DNA from: Bacteroidales bacterium UBA1711
Lineage (GTDB): Bacteria > Bacteroidota > Bacteroidia > Bacteroidales > P3
Length of the DNA: 64,000 nucleotides
Assembly (NCBI GenBank): GCA_002317325.1
Contig: DCJB01000092.1
Location: 395 to 64,394 of the forward strand
Direction of reading: 5' to 3'
The first letter of the stretch is position 1. The number at the start of each line of letters is the position of its first letter. A program made the translations under genes and the position numbers. Positions 27,079 to 36,375 of this stretch are shown in pieces. A model generated the notes under the pieces. The model was not told the DNA's origin and searched no databases. It saw only the letters and a program-made list of their open reading frames with translations.

Positions 27079-27942
27079 ATGAAATCAATGACAGGATATG
27101 CCAAAAGGCAGTGCAGCACGGACGGCTGCAAATATACCGTTGAGGTAAAGACGCTCAACAGCAAGACCCTCGACCTGAACGTTAAACTGCCCGCCCAGTT
27201 ACGGCCCAAGGAACTGGAGATACGGGCCATGCTCAACCAGCTGGAACGGGGCAAGGTGGATATGATTGTGGGCGAAGAGCGGCAGGACAGCGGACGGGGC
27301 GAACTGAACCACGACCGGGTGCGCTGCCGCTACGAAGAGCTGAAACAGATTGCCAAAGAACTGGATTGCTCCGACAAGCACCTCTTGGACTCTGTGCTTG
27401 CCATGGCCGACGTGTGGGAGAGCCCGGAAGAGGAAGAACTGGACGACTCCGGCTGGGAAACAGTCAGGCAGTGCATCGGCGAAGCCATCGACGGAGTAAA
27501 CGAATTCCGCCAGCACGAAGGCGACATATTGGAGAGAGACTTCGTAAAGCACGTGGACCTGATAGAGGAGAGGCTGGGACTCATCCCCCAATACGAACAG
27601 GAGCGTATTGAAACCGCCAAAGAGCGCATCCAACACTACTTTGCCGAGAACGCCATCAAGGAGATAGACCCCAACCGCTTTGAGCAGGAGCTCATCTACT
27701 ACTTGGAGAAATTGGACATCACCGAAGAGAAGATACGCCTGCAAAAGCACATCGACTACTTCCGCCAAACCATGGCCCAAGAGCCCTCGTGCGGCAAGAA
27801 GCTGGGCTTTGTGGCCCAGGAGATGGGGCGGGAAATCAACACCACGGGCAGCAAAGCCAACCATGTGGAGATTCAGAAACTGGTGGTGCAGATGAAAGAC
27901 GAGTTGGAGAAAATAAAAGAACAGTTAGGCAACATACTCTAA
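27079..27942 (+). CDS. YicC family stress-induced protein
   Basis: Starts MKSMTGYA. C-terminal DUF1732-like EMGREINTTGSKAN. Confidence 0.9.
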   Translation: MKSMTGYAKRQCSTDGCKYTVEVKTLNSKTLDLNVKLPAQLRPKELEIRAMLNQLERGKVDMIVGEERQDSGRGELNHDRVRCRYEELKQIAKELDCSDKHLLDSVLAMADVWESPEEEELDDSGWETVRQCIGEAIDGVNEFRQHEGDILERDFVKHVDLIEERLGLIPQYEQERIETAKERIQHYFAENAIKEIDPNRFEQELIYYLEKLDITEEKIRLQKHIDYFRQTMAQEPSCGKKLGFVAQEMGREINTTGSKANHVEIQKLVVQMKDELEKIKEQLGNIL

Positions 27943-28143
27943 CCGCCCTCCCCCGCCAAGCGCCCAGCCGATGCCCCTGTCCGTTGGGAAACGCCGGGGT
28001 GAGGTTTGGCATCAACACTACGCCACCACAGCCGCAAGCGATACTTTGCGCCACCTCAGACCAAACCCGGCAAAACAATTCTAACAGTCAAAGACCTGCC
28101 TGCACACAACATCAAGCCAGCACAGCAGAAACTGCAAACATGA

Positions 28144-28177
28144 GCGGGGGCAGGATTCCTCAGAATCCTGCCTCCGC
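28144..28177. other. 15-bp stem hairpin in non-coding DNA
   Basis: GCGGGGGCAGGATTC-CTCA-GAATCCTGCCTCCGC (one G-U pair). Lies 220 nt downstream of the dcm stop. No T-run. Confidence 0.5.
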
Positions 28178-28399
28178 TTCTGCAGACTCCAAACGGAATC
28201 AGAGAATCATCGCCAGCAGACCACACCCATATCCCCGCAAGAGCCACGTCCCCATAAAGTGGAGAAAGATGGTTTTCATCATGCAGCACTGGCTCAATCG
28301 GGGTGACTCGCCTCTATACAAAGTCCCATCGCTTTCGCTTGCTCAATCATTTCACAACGGCAACGTCATTCATCGCCAGCAAGGAGTCACAGGACTGAA

Positions 28400-29965
28400 T
28401 TATAGGTCAATAATCTTATCCAAAGCAGTATCGCGAAATGTCCTCCAGATGTTCAGGTCAATAAGCCTGTAGTCGTTGAAGAGTTGTTTGACAAACTCTA
28501 TTTCAAACACCAAGCGTAAATCACCCGTATCCTCACCCGTTTGCCCTTCTTTGCGAGCACCCACACGGGCAGTCTTTATCAGATATAGGTCACGAACACC
28601 TTTGCCTTTCAAGTACGGCATGAAGTAGTGCAGTTTGTTGAGTTGGACCGAGGATGGAAACCGCTTTCCAGTATAGTAAATTGCGGCAGACTGGTCAATG
28701 TACTGCTCTACATTATCATTCTTGACAAGACAGACAAGGCAATTATTCGAGACAAAATTGCAAGAATCTGAAGTATTGCCATACCACTGAGACTCTTCCT
28801 CGCCCACACTATTTTCAACTATGGGAGAATTCTCGTACTGATGATAGAGGTCGAAAAGGTCAAGCTGATGAACCGAAGTCTTCTTTGCCGATAATTTTGC
28901 ACCAATCTTTGTCTGGCGCATAATATTGAGAGACTGTATTCTTTCGACTTTCTCATTCTCGGCCAACGTGACCCCATGTCGCAGCAGCGTTTGTCGGATT
29001 TGCTTGGCTACATGATAGGCAAGATTGACAGGCACAGCATTGCCTATCATCTTGTAACCCATATTAACATCATCATAGAGGAACTGATAGTCATCAGGGA
29101 ACGTCTGAATACGGGCCGCCTCTCTCACAGTCATACGCCGGTAGAGCTGCTCGCTGCCCGAAACAAAAGCATAACTATTGGGATTCACACGCTGCATTTT
29201 GGGGGCTTGCGGGTGCAACTGGCACTGCCGGCCACTTGCTTGGACAGTAAACCCTTGCTCTTCCCAAGAACGCACTCGGTTTCGAGACATGAAGATGGGA
29301 GAGAATCCACCCACATAATACTCATGATTGGCAACAATACACTTATCACCATTGGTATGATTATGGCGCCGGGCGGGGATGGCGGAGTCTTTCAAATCCC
29401 AAATAACATCACGGAGAGTTACTTTGGATTCCACAGGCGTGGGATACTCGAAATCCTCTATTCGGAGGTCTTTGCGGAAGCCGATAAAGAAGATTCGGTC
29501 TCGGTCTTCCGGCACTTCGTAATCCTTAGCATTAAGCATTTTAAGGTTCACATCATACCCAGCGTCTTCAAATGACGAAATGAAAGACTCGACGGCTTTC
29601 TTGTTGCGGGAGGCCAGCATTCCAGAAACATTCTCTGCCACAAAGAACAAAGGCTTGACGCTTTTCAGTATCCTAATATAATCGTTAAACAACTGACCAC
29701 GAGGGTCTTCAATTCCCCTTTTTGCACCTCCTTCACTCCAAGACTGACATGGTGGCCCACCAATGATACCCTCGATATTATTCGGAAGAACGGAAGGGTC
29801 AATATTTCTAATATCACCCTCAATCAGATTCACTTCAGGAAAATTGGCTCTAAAAGTGGGACAAATAGCGGGGTCGAACTCATTTGCAACGACTGTGACA
29901 AAACCTGCATTTTGGAAGCCTCTATCAAGTCCCCCGGCTCCACTAAACAAACTTAATAATGCCAT
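28400..29965 (-). CDS. dcm: DNA (cytosine-5)-methyltransferase with an extra C-terminal domain of about 190 aa
   Basis: Motif [10 protein letters not shown], motif [11 protein letters not shown], motif VI ENV, QTFPDDY, and motif X GNAVPV at about aa 308-313. The ORF continues to aa 521. Confidence 0.95.
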   Translation of the reverse strand: MALLSLFSGAGGLDRGFQNAGFVTVVANEFDPAICPTFRANFPEVNLIEGDIRNIDPSVLPNNIEGIIGGPPCQSWSEGGAKRGIEDPRGQLFNDYIRILKSVKPLFFVAENVSGMLASRNKKAVESFISSFEDAGYDVNLKMLNAKDYEVPEDRDRIFFIGFRKDLRIEDFEYPTPVESKVTLRDVIWDLKDSAIPARRHNHTNGDKCIVANHEYYVGGFSPIFMSRNRVRSWEEQGFTVQASGRQCQLHPQAPKMQRVNPNSYAFVSGSEQLYRRMTVREAARIQTFPDDYQFLYDDVNMGYKMIGNAVPVNLAYHVAKQIRQTLLRHGVTLAENEKVERIQSLNIMRQTKIGAKLSAKKTSVHQLDLFDLYHQYENSPIVENSVGEEESQWYGNTSDSCNFVSNNCLVCLVKNDNVEQYIDQSAAIYYTGKRFPSSVQLNKLHYFMPYLKGKGVRDLYLIKTARVGARKEGQTGEDTGDLRLVFEIEFVKQLFNDYRLIDLNIWRTFRDTALDKIIDL

Positions 29966-29971
29966 AGTATA

Positions 29972-30940
29972 TTATTCCTGAAATAGATGTTGTGTGAATA
30001 AGATGGGCGGATTGCCCAAGAGTTTAATGTCAAACTTCAAAGAAGATTCGATCATCTTGCTCGCATTGTGTATTCTAAAAGAAATCTCCCAGCCTCCATC
30101 CAAAATCATGTGAAGGGCGTCTTCCGAGTCAGGCTTCATTTCAAATTCAACAATGCGCGTCGGGAAATTAATTTTAGGAGTTCTATATCTTGTCCGCATA
30201 CCACCTACCTCCCTATTCAATTCTCCGTCGAGATTGAATGCCTTCACAACGACTAAGTTATGGACATCGTCCTTGATAATCTTGTAGAAAGGATAACGAC
30301 CCACAAGATATTGAATCAGCTTGCGGGGGATTTGAGAACCAACTGCGTCTATCCTAAGCAATTCATTTCGGAAAGCCATCAAAAGAGGGAAATAAATCTT
30401 TCGTGTTTTTTCATCACCAAGAGAACTCCAATTGGAGACCATTTCCTTTAGCGAGGTGATATAGTCAAAAATAGGCTTTATCTCATCCCAATAAGCCTGA
30501 GAACAAGGAATGCCGAACCACGACTGACCGAAATCGAGCACAGAGGAGAGTCGCGGATGCTTTACTGCATCATTGTTGTTCTTGGCAGAAAAGCCTATCT
30601 CCCAAGAAGGATTCATTCTCCGAAACACTACATCCCTAACGTCACCTCCAATGCCATGACTATCACTGTTGAGAAAAATAAGCAGCGGGTCATGAGCGTT
30701 ATTTTGGGCCAACAGTCCCGGCTCCAACTTCACCATTGTATCTATGGTCTGTATTGCCGCAAAGGTAAAGCGATTCTGCTGTTCTTGAGGAAACCCGTCA
30801 TAATAGCCCTTGGCAACTGCCAGCGCATCGTTGCATTCGAGACAAACAGTAACACCTGCTCTCTGAATATAGTCGGTGTATGTCTTGGCCAAAGCATATT
30901 CAAATGCTTTCCCGTTTTTCACTTGGTCTCCTTGCGGCAT
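29972..30940 (-). CDS. type II restriction endonuclease (tentatively HaeIII family)
   Basis: Ends 6 nt upstream of dcm on the same strand, in an AT-rich island. The blocks GDVRDVVF..WEIGFSAKNNNDAVKHPRLS and SFRIHNAS..SLKFDIKLLG resemble my recollection of RE_HaeIII. No tool confirmation. Confidence 0.55.
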   Translation of the reverse strand: MPQGDQVKNGKAFEYALAKTYTDYIQRAGVTVCLECNDALAVAKGYYDGFPQEQQNRFTFAAIQTIDTMVKLEPGLLAQNNAHDPLLIFLNSDSHGIGGDVRDVVFRRMNPSWEIGFSAKNNNDAVKHPRLSSVLDFGQSWFGIPCSQAYWDEIKPIFDYITSLKEMVSNWSSLGDEKTRKIYFPLLMAFRNELLRIDAVGSQIPRKLIQYLVGRYPFYKIIKDDVHNLVVVKAFNLDGELNREVGGMRTRYRTPKINFPTRIVEFEMKPDSEDALHMILDGGWEISFRIHNASKMIESSLKFDIKLLGNPPILFTQHLFQE

Positions 30941-31078
30941 AATATCAACGGTTGCGCGACAATAGCATTTTTAGTTCTTTATCCGTGGGATGAGGTGATG
31001 AGGAGAGTTTCCGTAAAAAGCAAGAAATCAGCATTTGCAAGTAAGGGAGCGGGATAACAGACCTTTCTCAATCATGTG

Positions 31079-31086
31079 CAAAGATA
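31079..31086 (-). promoter_or_regulatory. -7 box (TATCTTTG on the minus strand) for the nuclease-dcm operon
   Basis: About 140 nt upstream of the ATG at 30940. Confidence 0.5.
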
Positions 31087-31108
31087 CGACTTTTTACGCA
31101 AACGGAGA

Positions 31109-31138
31109 GAGAAGAATCTGTAATTCTTGATTCTTCTC
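31109..31138. promoter_or_regulatory. 10-bp perfect inverted repeat GAGAAGAATC-N10-GATTCTTCTC (candidate operator)
   Basis: Lies at about -25 to -55 relative to the predicted R-M promoter. No T-run on either strand. Confidence 0.3.
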
Positions 31139-31188
31139 ATTTGTGCTGATGGGAATTGACACTCGCGGCACCTGCTTTTTATTGAGAG

Positions 31189-31220
31189 AAAAAAAAGCAG
31201 GGTGCGGGGCACCCTGCTTT
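31189..31220 (-). terminator. intrinsic terminator of the 864-aa T9SS gene
   Basis: Stem GCAGGGTGC-GGG-GCACCCTGC followed on the minus strand by T8. Confidence 0.8.
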
Positions 31221-31245
31221 AGAGTTATTGTTCGGCTAAGAGGGA

Positions 31246-33840
31246 TTAGCGGACAATGAGTTTCTCGACCTTGCTGAAGTTGTTGTTGGTGATGCGGACA
31301 AAGTAGGCACCCTTGGCAAGGTTGGTGAGGCTGATGACCTCGGCGTTGGCGGCGTTGATGTTGCTGTTGAAGACAACGCGGCCGCTCATGTCGATGATGG
31401 AGCAGTTGACCATGCCCTCGACGCCTTCGACATTCAGGGTGACCTGAGAGGTGGCGGGGTTGGGCTGGAGGTTCATGCGGACACCGGCAGCAACGGGGTC
31501 AATGCCGACCTGAGCTTCCTCGAAGGTTGCTTCCATGGTGTGGTCATCAAGGATGTTCTCGAAGGTGTAGGTGAAATAGACGGAGGTGGCACCGGTCTCG
31601 GGGTCGGTGTACTCGAAGCGACGGTAGTTAGGATCGCCAGTCTCCTGAATTTCGTCCCAGACGGTGACGATTTCGCCGTCAATCTTGAGGGTCGAAATAC
31701 GACCACCCTCGACGGGTTCGATGGTGAAGGTCTTGGTGGAGCTTTCAGCAGGAGTGAAAGTTTCGCCGCAAGCGGACTCGCCGCCGTTCTCGAAGACGGA
31801 GCCGAACTCTTCACCTTCGCAGCTGACCTCGATGTTGTGGCGGGTCACTTCCTGAGCGGGACCGACAATCATACGAATCATGGGGTTGTAGGAGACATAG
31901 TAGGAGGCGAAAGTGGAGCTGTAGGCAGGATCGAGAACGTAGTTCTGATACTGGTTGGGAGCGTAGAAACCACCATACTGAGACATATCGGAGGTGTTGC
32001 GGAAGTAGATGATGGTGTCATACTCTTCGGGACGGGTGGGAGAGGCTTCGCGATAGGAACCCATGGCCTCGCAAGCAAGAGCGAGGTAGGCTTCTTCTTC
32101 GACCTGATAGCCGATACGATAGGAGGTATTGGCCTGGAGAGCGGGCTGCTCGGGGAAGGGGATGAAGATGGTGTTATAGTTGCCAAGGGTCTGGTAGCCG
32201 TGTTCGCGGCCGATGATGGTGCTGTCGTTGATTTCGGTGGCGGCCACGGTGTGGGTGCCGGCGCCGTGCTCAACGCTGATAAAGTTGACACTGCCGCCAG
32301 TGTAAGAGTCGGTTCTCAGGACAGCATTGATTTTGCAGCCGCTGGTGTAGTAGCCTTCGACGGGGGAAGCGACGAGCTCGACGCCACGGATAACCCAGCC
32401 TTCGGGGACAACGGCATCGGTGGTGTAGCGGGAGTTGACCATGTAGCCAGGCTGGTAGAACTGAACTTCTTCAGGATCCTCAGTAACATACCAGGTGCCG
32501 CCGACGTTGACATAGCCAAAAATCCAGTAGTTGTAGGGAGAGTAGGTGAGGAGGCCGTTGTCGTGAGCCCAACGGAAAGAACCGTCGGCGGCGGGAGCGG
32601 TGACCTCATAGAACATGGAGTCGTAGTTGTGCTCGATGTTGTCGTTAGCGACCGAGGCGTACATCTGATACTGACCGACAGTGGCGGTGGGGAGAGCGGA
32701 ACCGGTGCCGTGGGGCTCGTGCTGGGTGTAGCCATACCAGCCGCGATATTCCATGGAGTCGGCATAAATCCAGCCGTACTTGTCGCAGATAATCTGAGCG
32801 CCGCTGCCAGCGTTGACAGTGCCGTTGTTGTAGGAGGCGAAGGGGGTGTCGGTCTCGGTGTCGAGGTTGATGGAGTGGAGTTCGACGTTCACATTGGCCT
32901 GGTTGTAAACACCGTTGTTATAGACCTGAGAGTACCAAGCGGGGTTGACCTGAAGACCCTGGGGGACGAGGCCGTAGTTGCCCTCGACGAATTCCTGATC
33001 GTAGTAGCGGAGGCGGTTGGCTTCGCCGGCGATGACGGAGACATCGTCAATCACCCAGTAGTAGCCGTAGATTTGGCCGCGATGAGAGTCGAGGCTGCAG
33101 AAACGGATGCGGACGCCGAGGCTGGTCTGGCCGGCGGCAGCGAGAGGAAGGGTGTAGGTGTAGAAGCCCTGCATCTGACCGTTGACGGCGACGTCAACGC
33201 CAGTGACGTTGATTTCAACAGCGTTCCAGGTGGTGCCGTTGACGCTGTAGTCGATGTAGCAGTTGTCGTAGTATTTGCGATAGCTCTGATAGAACTGGAC
33301 ATCAACAACGCCGGCGGTGGTGGTGTTGACATTGGCGAGGGTGACGAAGGCATTGTAGTTGCCGGTCTGCATGGTGCCCTGGTCGTAGCCGCTCATGAGC
33401 ATGAAGCCGTTGGCGCCAGTGGAGACGTTGGTGTCGCCAATGATGCGGTAGAAGTAGTTGTTCCACTGAGTGCCAAAGTAGCCAGTGGCGAGGCGGGGAT
33501 AGGTGTTGGGCATAGTGGTGCGGTCGGCATCAGTAGCGGTCCAGCGCTGCCAGTAGGCGAAGTCGTAGGACTGGCCGTGAGCCTCGGTGGCGGGGGAGGT
33601 GACAACACCAGTGGTGTAGTTGGTGCCGGTCCAGAGGTTGGAAGTTTTGGTACCGTCGTGGAAGTCAACCGTCAAGAGGGTGTCGACGGTCTTGGTGAAG
33701 ATGGAGCTGACCTTGGGAGACTGTTCAACCTTGGCAGCCTTGGCCGGAGCCTTCAACTCCTTTGCACGAGGAGTCGCCGTCTGTGCGAAGACCACGGTCG
33801 CGCACAGAGCGAAAGTTAAAACCATTAATGTTTTTTTCAT
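31246..33840 (-). CDS. large T9SS-sorted secreted/surface protein
   Basis: Signal peptide MKKTLMVLTFALCATVVFAQ. 864 aa. C-terminal LQPNPATSQVTLN...FVRITNNNFSKVEKLIVR sorting domain. Confidence 0.8.
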   Translation of the reverse strand: MKKTLMVLTFALCATVVFAQTATPRAKELKAPAKAAKVEQSPKVSSIFTKTVDTLLTVDFHDGTKTSNLWTGTNYTTGVVTSPATEAHGQSYDFAYWQRWTATDADRTTMPNTYPRLATGYFGTQWNNYFYRIIGDTNVSTGANGFMLMSGYDQGTMQTGNYNAFVTLANVNTTTAGVVDVQFYQSYRKYYDNCYIDYSVNGTTWNAVEINVTGVDVAVNGQMQGFYTYTLPLAAAGQTSLGVRIRFCSLDSHRGQIYGYYWVIDDVSVIAGEANRLRYYDQEFVEGNYGLVPQGLQVNPAWYSQVYNNGVYNQANVNVELHSINLDTETDTPFASYNNGTVNAGSGAQIICDKYGWIYADSMEYRGWYGYTQHEPHGTGSALPTATVGQYQMYASVANDNIEHNYDSMFYEVTAPAADGSFRWAHDNGLLTYSPYNYWIFGYVNVGGTWYVTEDPEEVQFYQPGYMVNSRYTTDAVVPEGWVIRGVELVASPVEGYYTSGCKINAVLRTDSYTGGSVNFISVEHGAGTHTVAATEINDSTIIGREHGYQTLGNYNTIFIPFPEQPALQANTSYRIGYQVEEEAYLALACEAMGSYREASPTRPEEYDTIIYFRNTSDMSQYGGFYAPNQYQNYVLDPAYSSTFASYYVSYNPMIRMIVGPAQEVTRHNIEVSCEGEEFGSVFENGGESACGETFTPAESSTKTFTIEPVEGGRISTLKIDGEIVTVWDEIQETGDPNYRRFEYTDPETGATSVYFTYTFENILDDHTMEATFEEAQVGIDPVAAGVRMNLQPNPATSQVTLNVEGVEGMVNCSIIDMSGRVVFNSNINAANAEVISLTNLAKGAYFVRITNNNFSKVEKLIVR

Positions 33841-33953
33841 TGTTGTTTGAAAATTTGATTAATAAATGAGTTAGATTTCAATTGAATAATAACATGTTTT
33901 GCAGAGGGTTACACTATGCCTCGGGGCATAGAGGGCTTTAGTCTATTACGTTG

Positions 33954-33961
33954 CAAATATA
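33954..33961 (-). promoter_or_regulatory. -7 box (TATATTTG on the minus strand) for the 864-aa T9SS protein
   Basis: About 110 nt upstream of the ATG at 33840. Confidence 0.5.
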
Positions 33962-34066
33962 GGCTATTTTTTCGACATAGAGAAAAAAAGTTGGTCTTTT
34001 AGTATTTTTTCAGTTTTGGAAGGGGGAGACGTGATAATTAGGAATTAAGAATTTATAATTTATGAT

Positions 34067-34192
34067 TCACAATTCACAACTCACAATTCACAATTCACAA
34101 CTCACAATTCACAATTCACAACTCACAACTCACAACTCACAACTCACAATTCACAATTCACAATTCACAATTCACAATTCACAATTCACAAT
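34067..34192 (+). repeat. 18 perfect-phase copies of the heptamer TCACAAY
   Basis: Unit order (T=TCACAAT, C=TCACAAC): T C T T C T T C C C C T T T T T T T. Counted base by base. Confidence 0.97.
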
Positions 34193-34528
34193 TCAAGCAT
34201 AGTATTATCTATGGCTATTCATCTTGGGGCGGATGGGGCGAAAGCTCCTTGTTTCTTCGGGGGGAATGGGCTATTTGTATTCGAGACCATGCTGGGTTAT
34301 TGGCGGGGACGGGCTCTTTCGGGTATTCTCGGACGGGGCGGAGGGCGGCGGGGGACTTTTTTTCTTGGGGACACAATAAAAGGGGCGAAAGTGAGTTTGA
34401 GGAAAAGGGGGGTTGAGGACGCACGGCTCGGACTGCGGCATCACCAGCACTGCAAGACCGTCCCGCACCAAAGCCCGCAACCGTCCCGAAAGAGAAGACA
34501 TCGCCCAAGAAGAGAAGACTTCGTTCCA

Positions 34529-35854
34529 ATGAAAAGGTTAATTTATATCATAGTAATTGCCTCCATGGTCGCTTCGTGCACGGCCCACAAGCCGGCGGCG
34601 GAGGGGGAGAACCACTTCAAACGCAAGCCGATGGTGGAGGTGACCGAGGAGCAGCTGCAGGCCGAGGCCGCCTTGATAGAGGCCAAGACGAAGCAGCTGA
34701 ACGGCGCCGCCGAAGAGGCAGAACAGGGGTTCAGAGACCTGCTGGACAAGCACCCCGACAACGCCGCCGCCCACTACGAACTGGCCCAGCTGCTGATGGC
34801 CAAGGGATGGAGCGACAGCGCCTTGGTCCACAACCTGCGGGCCTGCGAGCTGGACGGGAAGAACCTGTGGTATCAGAAGCACCTGGCCCTGATATACCAG
34901 CAGCGCCACGACGGGAAGAACCTCATCGCCACATGGGAACGCATTGTGAAGCAGAACCCCGACGTGCCGGAATACTATTACGACCTGTCCAACGCCTGCC
35001 TGAGGGCCAACGACGTGGAGGGGAGCATTGCCGCCCTGAACCGCGCGGAGAAGCGCTTCGGCATATCGGAGGAGGTGTCGAAGCAGAAGCAGATACTGTG
35101 GTCGGCGGCAGGGCAGCCCGCCAAAGCGCGCCGTGAACTGGAGCGGCTGGCCGAGGCCATGCCCAACGACACCCGCTACAACGCCATCATCGCGCAGAGC
35201 TACATGGCCGAGAAGGCCTACGCCAAGGCGCTGCAGTGCTACCAAAAGATTGCCGCCGCCGACCCCGAGGACGAGAATGTGCACATTTCGATGGCGGAAT
35301 GCCACATGAACGAGGGACGCTACGACCAGGCTTTCGACTGCCTGCGGCAGGGGCTGAGGAACGACCGCATCGACTGCCGCACGAAGCTGACGCTGCTGAA
35401 CGAGTTTCTGCGGAACGAGGAGTTTTTTAACACCTACGCCCACCAGGCCATGCTGCTGGCCGACACGCTGGCTCGGGGCTGCCCCGCCTCCGACGGCCAC
35501 TGCCACCCCTACGGTCTGATGCTGGCGGCGCAGGGACGCTATGCCGAGGCTGCCGCGGAACTGAACAAAGCCCTGCAGGCGGAGCGGAGCCGCTATGAGA
35601 TTTGGGACGCCCTGCTGATGTGTGAGGAGAAGGCCCAGTGTCCGCCCGACAGCTTGCGGACGCTGGCCGAGGAGGCCGCCGAGCTGTTTCCGCTGCAGCT
35701 GCGTCCGCAGCTCATACTGGCCATCTACTACGCCACAGCGGGCGACTGCGAGAAGGCCCGCCGCCACGCCTCCCTCTGCCTGACGCTGGCCCCGCGGGAG
35801 AAGCGGGAGGCGGTGAAACAACTATACGACCAAATAATGCAGCAATGCCGATGA
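34529..35854 (+). CDS. tetratricopeptide-repeat lipoprotein
   Basis: MKRLIYIIVIASMVASC lipobox. Multiple TPR-like A/Y/L-rich 34-aa repeats. Confidence 0.8.
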   Translation: MKRLIYIIVIASMVASCTAHKPAAEGENHFKRKPMVEVTEEQLQAEAALIEAKTKQLNGAAEEAEQGFRDLLDKHPDNAAAHYELAQLLMAKGWSDSALVHNLRACELDGKNLWYQKHLALIYQQRHDGKNLIATWERIVKQNPDVPEYYYDLSNACLRANDVEGSIAALNRAEKRFGISEEVSKQKQILWSAAGQPAKARRELERLAEAMPNDTRYNAIIAQSYMAEKAYAKALQCYQKIAAADPEDENVHISMAECHMNEGRYDQAFDCLRQGLRNDRIDCRTKLTLLNEFLRNEEFFNTYAHQAMLLADTLARGCPASDGHCHPYGLMLAAQGRYAEAAAELNKALQAERSRYEIWDALLMCEEKAQCPPDSLRTLAEEAAELFPLQLRPQLILAIYYATAGDCEKARRHASLCLTLAPREKREAVKQLYDQIMQQCR

Positions 35855-36372
35855 AACGATACTTCCTGCTGGCCTTGGTCTTCGGGCTGGCTCTTTCGGC
35901 CTGCCGCAGCCAGCGCGACCTGCCCTCGCCTGTGTCGCCGCCCGCCGACCTGCCCTCGCCCGCCGAGCTGCAGCAACCCAAGCCCCGCTTTACGGCCAAC
36001 TTCACTGCCGAGGCGCAGGGCGTGACCGTGGGCGGCCAGCTGCGAATGCAGCCCGACAGCATCATCTGGGGCAGCGCCCAAAAGATTGTGGAACTGGGGC
36101 GGGTGAGGCTCACGCCCGACTCGGTGGTAGTGTATGCCAAGATAATGGGAGCCTGCTTCCGCGGCACTTACGACGACGTGGCCCGCCGCTTAGGCTTTCG
36201 CACCACTTTTGCCGAAGTGGTGGAGATACTCCAGTCCGACGATGCCGGCAGCCGCCTCTCCGCCATCGCCCGCCGCATGGGGGCAGAGACGGCAATACGC
36301 ATAGAGCCTTGGAAGGAGACCCCCGCCGCCACCTTCCCATTCTACGTCCCCGCCAACGCCAAACCTCTTTGA
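35851..36372 (+). CDS. DUF4292-like lipoprotein
   Basis: ATGA overlap with the TPR gene. MKRYFLLALVFGLALSAC lipobox. The GGQLRMQPDSIIW...RLTPDSVVVY pattern is typical of DUF4292, which is usually found next to a TPR gene. Confidence 0.55.
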   Translation: MKRYFLLALVFGLALSACRSQRDLPSPVSPPADLPSPAELQQPKPRFTANFTAEAQGVTVGGQLRMQPDSIIWGSAQKIVELGRVRLTPDSVVVYAKIMGACFRGTYDDVARRLGFRTTFAEVVEILQSDDAGSRLSAIARRMGAETAIRIEPWKETPAATFPFYVPANAKPL

Positions 36373-36375
36373 CGG

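Noticed and set aside
27789-28472. 227-aa plus-strand ORF bridging yicC and dcm
   Set aside because: It overlaps the ends of two real genes, has a Q/P/S/R/N-rich sequence, and contains the 15-bp hairpin.
31540-33819. 759-aa plus-strand ORF
   Set aside because: It is antisense to the 864-aa T9SS protein, which has a signal peptide and a sorting domain. The translation is G/V/D/A-rich.
34067-34192. Possibility that the repeat arrays are CRISPR
   Set aside because: The units are 7 nt and directly abutting, with no spacers, and there are no cas genes in the window.
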